From: Candidatus Omnitrophota bacterium
GTDB taxonomy: Bacteria > Omnitrophota > Gorgyraeia > Zapsychrales > Zapsychraceae
Reading direction: 5' to 3'
Assembly (NCBI GenBank): GCA_029261065.1
Contig: JAJDCB010000030.1
Location: 324,876 to 388,875, forward strand
Length of the DNA stretch: 64,000 nt
The notes beneath the pieces are model-generated. The model made no database searches and was not told the DNA's origin. It saw only the letters and a program-made list of their open reading frames with translations. This document shows positions 44,272 through 53,699 of the stretch, piece by piece (the first letter of the stretch is position 1; the number at the start of each line of letters is the position of its first letter). Position numbers and translations under genes: made by a program.

Positions 44272-46458
44272 ATGAAAAGAGAAATTAAAATTTTAAGTAC
44301 TCTAGGGCCATCAAGCATGGAAACATCAACGATTAAGAAATTAGATGATATGGGTGTGGGGGTATTTCGCATTAACTTATCACATACCCCTCTTGATCAA
44401 ATTGAAAAAAATGTAAAGCACATTATCGCATCAACGGATAAACCTCTTTGTTTGGATTTGGAAGGGGCGCAAGTGCGTAGTGGTTTGATGGCCAATAACA
44501 GAGATGTTTTTGAAGAAGGGGGCGTTGTTCGCATTCACAAAGATCCTTTGGTGGGGGATGCTAAGAATATCAATTTGACGCCCAGTTTTGTTGTCGATGA
44601 GATTGAACCTGGAGATTTGATTAGTATCGATTTCGATACATTATTGTTGCATGTTTATAAAAGAGAAGGTGAGACTCTTTTGGCGAAAGTTGTCAGTGGT
44701 GGAACAGTGGGAAGTAATAAAGCTGTGACGGTTGATCGTAATATTATTTTGCCCCCCTTATCACCGAAAGATAAAGAAGCGGTTGTGATTGGATTAAAAC
44801 ACAAGGTTCCTTATATTGCATTATCTTTTGCGAATCGAAAAAGTGATGTTGAAGAATTAAGAGCTTTAGTGGGGGATAAGATGAAAATTATTTCTAAGAT
44901 CGAAAGTCGTGATGGTCTTCGTAATCTAGAAGAGATTCTTATCGCGTCAGATGCAGCTTTAATCGATCGAGGTGATATGTCTCGCGAGGTATCGATTGAA
45001 TTAATTCCTTCTATTCAAAAACGGATCATCAAGAAGGCTAATGATTTGCATACTCCGATTTATGTGGCTACCAATCTTTTGGAGTCCATGGTTGATCGTC
45101 CTGTTCCGACACGGGCTGAGGTTAATGATATTATTAACACGTTGTTAGATGGAGCCAATGGTTTGGTGCTTGCCGCAGAGACGGCCATTGGTCGTTATCC
45201 AGTTGAATGTGTCAATATGGTGAGGCGATTGTCAAAGGCCTTTAACAATACAGATAGCGAAACAACTTTAATGGAGATGGCCAATCAAGAGGTGTCATCA
45301 CTACATCTTAATAAACCGCATGGCGGGGTTATGGTTAATAAAAAAAAATTTACTGCTAATCAGGAACGTATTGCAGGTTTAAGAAAATTGTTTGTTGATG
45401 AAACGGTTCTTTTAGATGTGCAACAAATAGCGGTTGGAACGTATTCTCCTGTTGATGGTTTTATGAATAGAGATGAGATTCATTCGGTGCTTGATGATTA
45501 TAAGCTTCCCTCAGGTGATGTCTGGACGCTACCTATATGTTTGCAAGCCAAGAAAGAGGATATCAAACATTTAAGAGTTGGTGATGAGATTGCTCTTGTT
45601 TCAAAAAGAGATGATGTGATTTATGCCGTGTTGCATCTAGATGATGTGTATAACTTTGATTTTAATGATATTTCTCAAAAATGGTTTAATACGACAGACA
45701 AAAATCATCCTGGCGTGAATAAATTAAGTCAATCGGGTGAATGTTTTCTTGGCGGGAAAGTAGATTTAATTAGACGTTTGCCATCGGAATATCAACAATA
45801 CACGTTAACGCCTTTACAAACACGTCAAATCTTTGAGAAAAAAGGGTGGAACACCATTGTTGGATTTCACACGCGTAATGTGGTGCATCGCGCTCATGAA
45901 TTTCTTCAACTAACAGCCCTTGATCGTTATGGCATTGATGGATTGTTCGTTCACCCCATTATTGGTCCTAAGAAAAAAAATGATTATAACCCGGATGTGA
46001 TTTTAAAAAGTTATTCCATGATGATGGATCAGTTTTATCCAAAAAACCATGTGGTTTTAGGAGCCTTTCTTTCCTATAGTCGCTATGCAGGCCCAAGAGA
46101 AGCTGTTTTTACAGCTCTTTGTCGCAAGAATTTTGGATGCACCCATTTTATTGTTGGCCGAGATCATACGGGTGTTGGAGATTTTTATTCTAAGGATGCT
46201 TCCAAGGAATTATTTGGGCAATTAGGAGATATCGGTATTCAACCCGTTTTTTTTGATGAAGTTCATTATTGTCAAAGTTGTAAGTTGTACGTTGAAAAAT
46301 GTGATCATGCCAAGGAAGACATCAAACATATTAGTGGCACCCAAGCGCGAGAGATGTTTTCAAAAGGTGAACAGCCTCCGGCGTGGTTTATGCGTGAAGA
46401 AATTAGTCGTATTATTTTAGAAGATATTACTAATCAAAAAGAGGTTTTTGTCACATGA
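44272..46458 (+). CDS. Pyruvate kinase-ATP sulfurylase (Sat) fusion protein
   Basis: Residues 1 to about 325 carry PK motifs (TLGP, RINLSH, SKIES, RGD, PTRAEV, ETAIG.YP). The C-terminal part carries Sat motifs (YSP..GFM, HTRNVVHRAHE, YAGPREA, RKNFGCTHFIVGRDH, ISGT). Confidence 0.9.
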   Translation: MKREIKILSTLGPSSMETSTIKKLDDMGVGVFRINLSHTPLDQIEKNVKHIIASTDKPLCLDLEGAQVRSGLMANNRDVFEEGGVVRIHKDPLVGDAKNINLTPSFVVDEIEPGDLISIDFDTLLLHVYKREGETLLAKVVSGGTVGSNKAVTVDRNIILPPLSPKDKEAVVIGLKHKVPYIALSFANRKSDVEELRALVGDKMKIISKIESRDGLRNLEEILIASDAALIDRGDMSREVSIELIPSIQKRIIKKANDLHTPIYVATNLLESMVDRPVPTRAEVNDIINTLLDGANGLVLAAETAIGRYPVECVNMVRRLSKAFNNTDSETTLMEMANQEVSSLHLNKPHGGVMVNKKKFTANQERIAGLRKLFVDETVLLDVQQIAVGTYSPVDGFMNRDEIHSVLDDYKLPSGDVWTLPICLQAKKEDIKHLRVGDEIALVSKRDDVIYAVLHLDDVYNFDFNDISQKWFNTTDKNHPGVNKLSQSGECFLGGKVDLIRRLPSEYQQYTLTPLQTRQIFEKKGWNTIVGFHTRNVVHRAHEFLQLTALDRYGIDGLFVHPIIGPKKKNDYNPDVILKSYSMMMDQFYPKNHVVLGAFLSYSRYAGPREAVFTALCRKNFGCTHFIVGRDHTGVGDFYSKDASKELFGQLGDIGIQPVFFDEVHYCQSCKLYVEKCDHAKEDIKHISGTQAREMFSKGEQPPAWFMREEISRIILEDITNQKEVFVT

Positions 46459-47012
46459 GTCAAGCACGTGTGCTGTGGTTTACAGGTTTGTCAGGTTCAG
46501 GCAAATCAACGATTGCTGAAGGGTTGTGCCAACGTCTTCTAGATAGAGGTTTTAAGGTTAGGATTTTGGATGGAGATGATATTCGAGAATCTTATCCTAA
46601 AAGTCTTGGATTTACACCTGAAGATATAAAAACGAATAATCGATTGATTGCGCAAATGTGTTTAGATCAAACTCAAGAGTATGATTTTCTATTAGTACCT
46701 GTGATTGCTCCATTTCAAGAATCTAGAAGCGAATCAAAGAAGATGTTAGGGGATCAATTGTCTTTTGTTTATGTCAAAGCGTCTTTAGATACGGTTATTG
46801 AAAGAGATACGAAAGGATTTTATAAAAAAGCCTTAAACAAAGAGATTGAGCATTTTATTGGAATCGATCCAAGGGTTCCTTATGAAGAGCCGGAAAATGC
46901 AGAGATCGTTTTGGACACAGAGCAACACAGGGTTGATGATTTAATCTTAAGGGTTGAAATTTTTTTAAAATTGGATTTAAACAAGAATGAAACAGTCTCA
47001 AACAACACATAA
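46455..47012 (+). CDS. cysC: Adenylyl-sulfate (APS) kinase
   Basis: WFTGLSGSGKST, LDGDDIR, RDTKG.Y and GID..PYEEP motifs. Confidence 0.85.
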   Translation: MSQARVLWFTGLSGSGKSTIAEGLCQRLLDRGFKVRILDGDDIRESYPKSLGFTPEDIKTNNRLIAQMCLDQTQEYDFLLVPVIAPFQESRSESKKMLGDQLSFVYVKASLDTVIERDTKGFYKKALNKEIEHFIGIDPRVPYEEPENAEIVLDTEQHRVDDLILRVEIFLKLDLNKNETVSNNT

Positions 47013-48645
47013 TACAGCGCTACCAGGGATCTTTCAATTTTTAAAGAAACAAGCTGTGCAATTAAGGTATGGCAAAGAATTGAAATTGAGGAAAAACTGG
47101 TATTATCAACCTTTGAGTGAAGGGCTGCATGGATTGGAATTCTTTAAATCAACAACTCTGACACCCCATTGGCTGACATTAAATCAGGAATTAAGAGCTG
47201 GTGTTATGATTGATCAAAAGAAAGGCTTTATTTTAGAAATCAATGCCACAGAGGACATCGAATGGATTCAATGTGCTGTGGGTGCTCTTAAAAAAAGTGA
47301 GATTAAAAGAGTAAGAATTTCTATTGATGACAAATGCAAAGCGGAAATTTTGGATATGGCAACAGATATTTGGAATGATATGCGTATAAAAATTGAAGGG
47401 CAACAAACAAGCTTTCAATTAAGGGTTGAATGGGAAGGAGCGGGCACGTTGTATTATTCGCATCCTTTTATTAACAAAGGCATATCCCCTAAAGAAGCAA
47501 ACTCTCAAAAGAATATTATTTGTTTGGTGTTAGATGGTATCACAGCGGAATGTATTGATAAGGACAGGACGCCTCATATGTATGCTTTTTTTAAAGGCGG
47601 GGTTGAGTGTAGCAATGTTTACTCTCAAGGAGATTGGACGCTGCCGGCTTTCTCATCGATGTTAACAGGACAATATCCTTCTAAACATGGTGTGACAAAT
47701 CCAGACCAACATGAAACGGTTTTGGATGCAAAAACGCAGACGTTGCCACAGCTATTAAGAGAAGGCGGTTATCGCACCTTTGGTTATTCAAGCCATCTTC
47801 GATTTAATCCCGCTTATGGCCATGCGAAAGGTTTTGAACGATTCTTTTTTCGACCCTTAGCCTATGACCATAACTATGTTCAGCAAATACACGAAGCGAT
47901 ATGGCAGCTTGAGGCCCACCGGGATGAACCAAACTTTTTATTTCTTCATTTTTTTGATTCGCATCCACCGTATAAGCCGTTTACGTATTTAAAGAATGTT
48001 TTAACAAAACCTTTTAGAACAGGGGACTCTTCGTATCGAACGAAGGAAGATGGTGACGATCGTTATGAATTGGATGATCGGTTAACAAAATTAAAAGAAA
48101 TGGACTTGGCTTTTGGAATGTTTTTTTCGTATCTAAAAGAGCAGCCTTGGTTTGATCAATCCACCGTTATTCTTACGGCTGATCATGGGGTGACTCAAGT
48201 TCAGGAGAAAAAACCTTTATTATTATTTGATCGCGTCAATATTCCTTTATTTGTACGATCAAGTGAATTGAGTCAACACAAGAACAGTGATTTTGTTGAG
48301 GGTAATGTTGACTTGATGGCTTCAATTCTACATTTGGCGCAAATTGAGACGCCACCGAACGTAGATGGAAGGTTGTGGTCTTTTTTAGGTGGAGAGATAA
48401 GAAATCAAGCCTTTAGTGAATCGTTATATAGAAAAGTTTACTCAGCGGTGATACGCGATCATTCCAACTGTTATCATTTTAAATGTCCCTTTGATGAGAT
48501 TACAAGAAAGATTAGTTTCGAAGCCCTTGAATCTCTTACGGCTTATAAGCGTGTTAATGGACGAGATGTGGAAGAAGATGTTGTGGTTGAAAATAATCAG
48601 CAAGGTGATGTTCAGGATAAATTTAGAAAATATTTAGAGGTCTAG
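46987..48645 (+). CDS. Sulfatase/alkaline-phosphatase-superfamily protein with Thr at the nucleophile position
   Basis: NII..VLDG, WTLPAFSSMLTG.YP..HG, H.FDSHPPY, TADHG and VDL motifs. Confidence 0.78.
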   Translation: MKQSQTTHNTALPGIFQFLKKQAVQLRYGKELKLRKNWYYQPLSEGLHGLEFFKSTTLTPHWLTLNQELRAGVMIDQKKGFILEINATEDIEWIQCAVGALKKSEIKRVRISIDDKCKAEILDMATDIWNDMRIKIEGQQTSFQLRVEWEGAGTLYYSHPFINKGISPKEANSQKNIICLVLDGITAECIDKDRTPHMYAFFKGGVECSNVYSQGDWTLPAFSSMLTGQYPSKHGVTNPDQHETVLDAKTQTLPQLLREGGYRTFGYSSHLRFNPAYGHAKGFERFFFRPLAYDHNYVQQIHEAIWQLEAHRDEPNFLFLHFFDSHPPYKPFTYLKNVLTKPFRTGDSSYRTKEDGDDRYELDDRLTKLKEMDLAFGMFFSYLKEQPWFDQSTVILTADHGVTQVQEKKPLLLFDRVNIPLFVRSSELSQHKNSDFVEGNVDLMASILHLAQIETPPNVDGRLWSFLGGEIRNQAFSESLYRKVYSAVIRDHSNCYHFKCPFDEITRKISFEALESLTAYKRVNGRDVEEDVVVENNQQGDVQDKFRKYLEV

Positions 48646-48650
48646 AGGCT

Positions 48651-49292
48651 ATGAATGATGTTGTTGTTATCGGAGGTGGAGGACATGCGCGGGTTGTCAT
48701 TAGTCTTTTAAAGAAAATAAAAGATTATCATGTGTTGGGATATGTGGCTCAGGAGGATAATGGAGACATTCTTGGGGTTTCGTATTTGGGGAGTGATCAA
48801 AAGTTAGAAACTATAATAAAAGAAAATCCGAGATGTGCGGCTGTTATTGGTGTTGGTAAAATTGATTTAGAAGATAAGCGTATGGCAATAAAAGCAAAAT
48901 TAGAACTATTAAAATTTGATTTACCAGCAATTGTTTCTCCTTTTGCGATTATTAATGAGAATATATTTTTAGGAGAGGGCGTGGTGATCATGGATGGAGT
49001 TGTAATACAAACAGGAGCGAGGATTGGAAATTGCGCACTTGTAAATACGGGGTGTTGTGTTGATCATGATTGCGTGATTGGAGACAATGTTCATCTCGCC
49101 CCTGGCGTTTCTTTAAGTGGTGGCGTTGAGATTGGGGATAATAGTTTGATAGGCACAGGTTCTAGTGTTGTGCAATATAAGAAAATTGGAAAGGATTGTT
49201 TGATTGGGGTAGGAAGTGCTGTTGTTGATGATTGTGTAAGTTCTGGTACGTATGTCGGCGTGCCGGCAAGAAAAGTGAAAGACTCGTCATGA
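48651..49292 (+). CDS. neuD: NeuD/PglD-family sugar acetyltransferase
   Basis: GGGGHA, hexapeptide repeats, VDHDC and GVPAR motifs. Confidence 0.85.
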   Translation: MNDVVVIGGGGHARVVISLLKKIKDYHVLGYVAQEDNGDILGVSYLGSDQKLETIIKENPRCAAVIGVGKIDLEDKRMAIKAKLELLKFDLPAIVSPFAIINENIFLGEGVVIMDGVVIQTGARIGNCALVNTGCCVDHDCVIGDNVHLAPGVSLSGGVEIGDNSLIGTGSSVVQYKKIGKDCLIGVGSAVVDDCVSSGTYVGVPARKVKDSS

Positions 49293-50320
49293 GTAAAAGA
49301 AGAAAAAAAGTTTATATTATTGGCGAAGCTGGCGTTAATCATAATGGCAGTTTAAAGTTAGCCAAACAATTAATTGATGTGGCGGCCCGTTGTGGGTGTG
49401 ATGCGGTCAAGTTTCAAGTGTTTCAAGCGGATCTGCTTTTAAGCAAGAAGGCTCATTTGGCTCAGTATCAAAAAGAGGGCATCAGTTCAAAAATCAAGAC
49501 ACAACATGACCTTATAAAGGGATTAGAATTGTCTTTTGAAGATTTCGAAAAGTTATACAAGCATTGTGAGAAGAGGGGTATTGAATTTTTGGCAACGCCT
49601 TTTGATAAGACAAGTGTGGATTGGTTAATGGCATTAAAGGTTTCGTGTTTTAAAATTTCTTCGGGCGAACTAACCAATTTACCGTTTTTAGATTATGTGT
49701 CACGCAAGAAAAAACCAATGATATTATCGACGGGAATGGCTAATATGGATGAGATTAAAGAAGCTGTCGATACGATTAAGAAGAATAACAGTAAAATTGT
49801 TCTGTTGCATTGTATTACAGAATATCCGGCGCCCATGGATCAATTAAATTTGCGCGCGATACAAACGTTGCAGAATCATTTTGGTGTTGAAGTTGGTTTC
49901 TCTGACCATTCGTTGGGCATTGAAGCCTCTCCTGCGGCAGTGGCTTTGGGAGCGACGATTATAGAAAAACATTTTACGTTGGATCGAGGAATGGCTGGTC
50001 CAGATCATAAGGCGTCCTTAGAAGAAAATCAGCTTAAAAACATGATCACAAATATTCGTCTTGTGGAATCGGCTTTAGGAGACGGTGTTAAGAAAATTGC
50101 GGCATGCGAGAAGAAATATGTAGATTTAGTGCGCAAGAGTTTGGTTGCGGTCTCAACCATAGATAAGGGACAAGTTATTAAAGAGTCAGATCTAGCGATT
50201 AAGAGGCCTGCCGGAGGAATTGGACCAAAAGCATTTAATCGAGTCATTGGGCTAAAAGCACGGAAACGAATTGTATCAGACAGTATTATTCGTTGGAGCG
50301 ATGTTTATGAAAAAGCGTAA
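49289..50320 (+). CDS. neuB: Nonulosonic acid synthase (NeuB/LegI)
   Basis: EAGVNHNG, AVKFQ, STGM, GFSDHS, IEKHFTLD and GPDH motifs; C-terminal SAF domain. Confidence 0.92.
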   Translation: MSKRRKKVYIIGEAGVNHNGSLKLAKQLIDVAARCGCDAVKFQVFQADLLLSKKAHLAQYQKEGISSKIKTQHDLIKGLELSFEDFEKLYKHCEKRGIEFLATPFDKTSVDWLMALKVSCFKISSGELTNLPFLDYVSRKKKPMILSTGMANMDEIKEAVDTIKKNNSKIVLLHCITEYPAPMDQLNLRAIQTLQNHFGVEVGFSDHSLGIEASPAAVALGATIIEKHFTLDRGMAGPDHKASLEENQLKNMITNIRLVESALGDGVKKIAACEKKYVDLVRKSLVAVSTIDKGQVIKESDLAIKRPAGGIGPKAFNRVIGLKARKRIVSDSIIRWSDVYEKA

Positions 50321-51488
50321 AATATGTATCATTTCAGGATCACGCGCGGATTATAGTCATATGTATTGGCTTATTAAAGAATGTGATCAAGATAAAGACA
50401 TTAATCTTCAGCTTTTGGCGACAGGCATGCATTTATCGAAACGTCATGGTTTGAGTTATCAGATGATTCAACAAGATGGCTTTAAGATTGGGAAGAAAAT
50501 TGATATTCTCCGTTACTCTAACACAGATGAAGGGGTTGCTCATAGTGTGGGGTTAGGGTGTCAACTGTTTACAAAAGCGTACAAAGAACTAAAGCCAGAT
50601 ATTGTTGTGATTTTTGCAGATCGTTTTGAGATGATGGCGGCTTGCCTATCAGCTTACATGTTAAAGATTCCCATCGTTCATCTGCATGGAGGAGAAACAT
50701 CTCAAGGTGCGCTTGATGAAGCAATACGACACAGTATTACGAAAATGGGATCGGTTCATTTTACGGCTACTGAGGATTATCGTCGACGCGTTGTTCAATT
50801 AGGGGAAAATCCAAAACGTGTTTTTCACGTAGGTTCCCCAGGATTAGAATCGTTGTCCCATCAAAAATATTTGAGCAAGAGCGAGTTAGCTAAAAAATTA
50901 AAATTTGATTTTGATGGTCAAGTAGCCCTTATGACTTATCATCCGGTTACGCTTGAGAAAAATACAGTTACAAAGCACGTGGGGCAATTACTCAAAGCTA
51001 TAAAAGCAACATCTCTTAAGGTGATTATGACTAAGTCAAATGCGGATGCTCAAGGTGATGTGATTAACAAGATGTTGCGTGATTTTTGTCGTGATAACCC
51101 CAAACGATTTAAGCTTTATGATTATTTGGGTCAATTTCTCTATTATAATTGTCTGAAATCTGCAGATGTGTTAATCGGTAACTCATCAAGCGGTATTGTT
51201 GAGGCTCCGTCTTTTAAGATACCAGTTGTTAATGTCGGTGATAGACAAAAGGGACGAGTTCGTTCGGTTAATATTATTGATGTTAATAATTCAACAGCCA
51301 ATATTTTAGCTGGAATAAAAAAAGCGTTATCCAAAAGCTTTTTAACAAAATTAAAGGGAATGAATAATCCTTATCAGAAGTATAAAGATGGACGCGTTGC
51401 GTATCGCATTAAAGAAAAATTAAAGAAAATAAAGTTGGATGATTCGATTTTAAAAAAAGAATTTTACGATATCAAGTTTCAGTATTAA
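50307..51488 (+). CDS. neuC: Hydrolysing NDP-sugar 2-epimerase (NeuC/LegG)
   Basis: SRADY, GMHLS, DRFE, HLHGGE, DEAIRHSITK, GNSSSG and RQ.GR motifs. Confidence 0.92.
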   Translation: MKKRKICIISGSRADYSHMYWLIKECDQDKDINLQLLATGMHLSKRHGLSYQMIQQDGFKIGKKIDILRYSNTDEGVAHSVGLGCQLFTKAYKELKPDIVVIFADRFEMMAACLSAYMLKIPIVHLHGGETSQGALDEAIRHSITKMGSVHFTATEDYRRRVVQLGENPKRVFHVGSPGLESLSHQKYLSKSELAKKLKFDFDGQVALMTYHPVTLEKNTVTKHVGQLLKAIKATSLKVIMTKSNADAQGDVINKMLRDFCRDNPKRFKLYDYLGQFLYYNCLKSADVLIGNSSSGIVEAPSFKIPVVNVGDRQKGRVRSVNIIDVNNSTANILAGIKKALSKSFLTKLKGMNNPYQKYKDGRVAYRIKEKLKKIKLDDSILKKEFYDIKFQY

Positions 51489-51497
51489 AGGAATGCT

Positions 51498-52568
51498 ATG
51501 AAATTAAAGGTTAGAAAAATGTTTGTGGAAGAAGATTTGTCCGTTAAGGAAGCTATGCGCAAGATGAGTGAGATTGGTGAGAAAATTCTCTTTGTCGTTA
51601 ATAATCAGAAAAAGCTTCTTGGAACGGTGACTGATGGTGATATTCGTCGTTGGGTGTTGGCAGAGGGAGCTTTGACGGAGGAGATTAAGAAAGTTTATAA
51701 TCCAAAACCATTTTACGTTGATAAAGGAAGCGATGTGAAGGAAGCCAAAGAAATTATGCTTAAAGAAAAGTTAGGCGGTCTTCCTGTTTTAGATGAGGAT
51801 AAGGTTGTCGATGATGTTTTGTTGTGGGACCGTGTTTGGGGAGCCAATGGGGGGGAGATCAAAAATAAGATTGATATTCCGGTTCTTATTATGGCAGGGG
51901 GAAAAGGCACGCGCTTAGATCCTTTCACAAAAGTATTGCCTAAGCCGTTGATACCTATCGGTGAGAAAACAATAATTGAAATTATTCTTGATAAATTTAA
52001 ACAATATGGCACTAAAGAGTATTACATCTCTATTAATCATAAATCACGCATGATGAGGGCTTTCTTTGAAGAAGTTAATACAGGGTTTTCCATTCATTTT
52101 GTTGAGGAGAAAAAACCTTTAGGCACGGCGGGAAGTTTGAAGTTGTTAGAGGGAAAAATCAAGAAGTCTTTAATTGTTTCAAATTGCGACATTATTATTG
52201 ATGCCGATTATAACGATATTGTTGATTTTCATTATGCAAAAAAGAATGATATTACAATTGTTGGTTCCTTCCGACATTTTACTGTACCTTATGGGATTTG
52301 TCAGATCGAAGAAGGTGGTAATTTGGTAAGCATGCAAGAAAAGCCAGAGTACGACTTATTAGTTAACACAGGGATGTATGTGATTAATAAAAGTGTTTTT
52401 AAATTTGTAAAGAAAAACAAATATTTAAATATGACGAGTTTAATTGATATTGTTAAAGATCAAGGTGGCAAGGTAGGCGTGTTTCCTATTGATGAAAAAT
52501 CTTGGATTGATGTAGGCCAATGGGAAGACTATCATCGCGCTATTCGTGCTTTTGAATTAAAACAGTAA
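51498..52568 (+). CDS. CBS-domain nucleotidyltransferase (PtmE/LegX-like)
   Basis: CBS pair (GTVTDGDIRR) plus MAGGKGTRL.P.T..LPKPL and PLGTAGSL motifs. Confidence 0.88.
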   Translation: MKLKVRKMFVEEDLSVKEAMRKMSEIGEKILFVVNNQKKLLGTVTDGDIRRWVLAEGALTEEIKKVYNPKPFYVDKGSDVKEAKEIMLKEKLGGLPVLDEDKVVDDVLLWDRVWGANGGEIKNKIDIPVLIMAGGKGTRLDPFTKVLPKPLIPIGEKTIIEIILDKFKQYGTKEYYISINHKSRMMRAFFEEVNTGFSIHFVEEKKPLGTAGSLKLLEGKIKKSLIVSNCDIIIDADYNDIVDFHYAKKNDITIVGSFRHFTVPYGICQIEEGGNLVSMQEKPEYDLLVNTGMYVINKSVFKFVKKNKYLNMTSLIDIVKDQGGKVGVFPIDEKSWIDVGQWEDYHRAIRAFELKQ

Positions 52569-52580
52569 AGGGAATCAATT

Positions 52581-53468
52581 ATGAAAAATGTTCGCGTTAT
52601 CGCCCGACTTGATATTAAGGGACCTAACCTTGTTAAAGGTATTCATCTAGAAGGTTTAAGGGTGTTGGGAAAGCCAGAACACTTTGCCCAATATTATTAT
52701 GAAAATGGGGCGGATGAATTATTTTATATGGATATTGTGGCCAGTTTGTATGGAAGAAATAGTTTATTAGATATTATTGAACGCACATCTAAAGAAGTTT
52801 TTATTCCTATTATTGTAGGCGGAGGTTTAAGAACGATTGAAGATATTAATGCTGTACTTCGCGCGGGAGCTGATAAGGTATCCCTTAATACAGCCGCGAT
52901 TAAAAATCCTGATTTTATCCGACAAGCCGCTAATCGGTTTGGATCGTCAACGATTATCGTTTCTATTGAGGCAATAAAGGAAAAGGAAGGACAGTATTTT
53001 GTTTATACGGATAATGGTCGTGAATATACTGGCAAAGAAGTTTTTCAATGGGCGAGAGAGGTATGCGAGTTGGGGGCTGGGGAAATTATGATAACTTCTG
53101 TTGATCGGGAAGGCACAGGGACAGGTTATGATCTTGAGTTAACTAAAAAAGTGGCTGAGTCTGTTCCTATTCCTGTCATTGCATGTGGTGGGGCTGGTCG
53201 ATTGGAACATATTGAAAATGTTGTTATTGAGGGTAAGGCTGATGCGTTAACGGTGGCATCTATGATTCATTATGATTTTATTAAGCATCACACGATTGAG
53301 GCGGATTACTCAGCGGAAGGAAATGTTGAATTTCTAAAAAAGAAAATGATTTTCTCTAAAATAGAGACAGTTAGTTTAGAAACGATTAAGAGTCATCTCA
53401 TGAACTCTGGCATCAATTGTCGTTTTAAACATCATGGCGAAATCAACAAACCATTAAACATATGTTGA
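52581..53468 (+). CDS. HisF-like cyclase subunit (WbuZ-type, glycan amidination)
   Basis: RVIARLDIKG..LVKG, GADE, GGG and DREGT..GYD motifs; adjacent to HisH-like and WbuX-like genes. Confidence 0.85.
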   Translation: MKNVRVIARLDIKGPNLVKGIHLEGLRVLGKPEHFAQYYYENGADELFYMDIVASLYGRNSLLDIIERTSKEVFIPIIVGGGLRTIEDINAVLRAGADKVSLNTAAIKNPDFIRQAANRFGSSTIIVSIEAIKEKEGQYFVYTDNGREYTGKEVFQWAREVCELGAGEIMITSVDREGTGTGYDLELTKKVAESVPIPVIACGGAGRLEHIENVVIEGKADALTVASMIHYDFIKHHTIEADYSAEGNVEFLKKKMIFSKIETVSLETIKSHLMNSGINCRFKHHGEINKPLNIC

Positions 53469-53487
53469 ATTCGCTTAAGGCCAGGGC

Positions 53488-53672
53488 ATTGTCAAAAGAG
53501 CAATGAAAGATACAAGTTACAAGACACAAGATACAAAAAAATATCAATGTTCAAGGTCCAATAACCAAAAAGGCTATCGTCAAGAAATTGTTTGGAATTT
53601 TTATTTTGTGAATTGTTTCTTTTTTGTATCTTGTGTCTTGTAACTTGGTTATTTTATAGAGTTTTTGACAAT
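53488..53672. mobile_element. MITE-like fold-back element, copy 4 (no inserts), nested in an outer ATTGTCAAAA/TTTTGACAAT repeat
   Basis: CAAGTTACAAGACACAAGATACAAAAAA / TTTTTTGTATCTTGTGTCTTGTAACTTG is a perfect inverted repeat. Confidence 0.72.
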
Positions 53673-53699
53673 ACGAAGACCATATCAAGGAGCTAATAA

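Noticed and set aside
44272-47012. O-methyl phosphoramidate pathway (Cj1415-Cj1418-like, often annotated as cysC plus a PEP-related kinase)
   Set aside because: The kinase here is a true PK barrel fused to a motif-complete Sat, not a PPDK-like glutamine kinase, and no Cj1416/Cj1417-like genes are adjacent.
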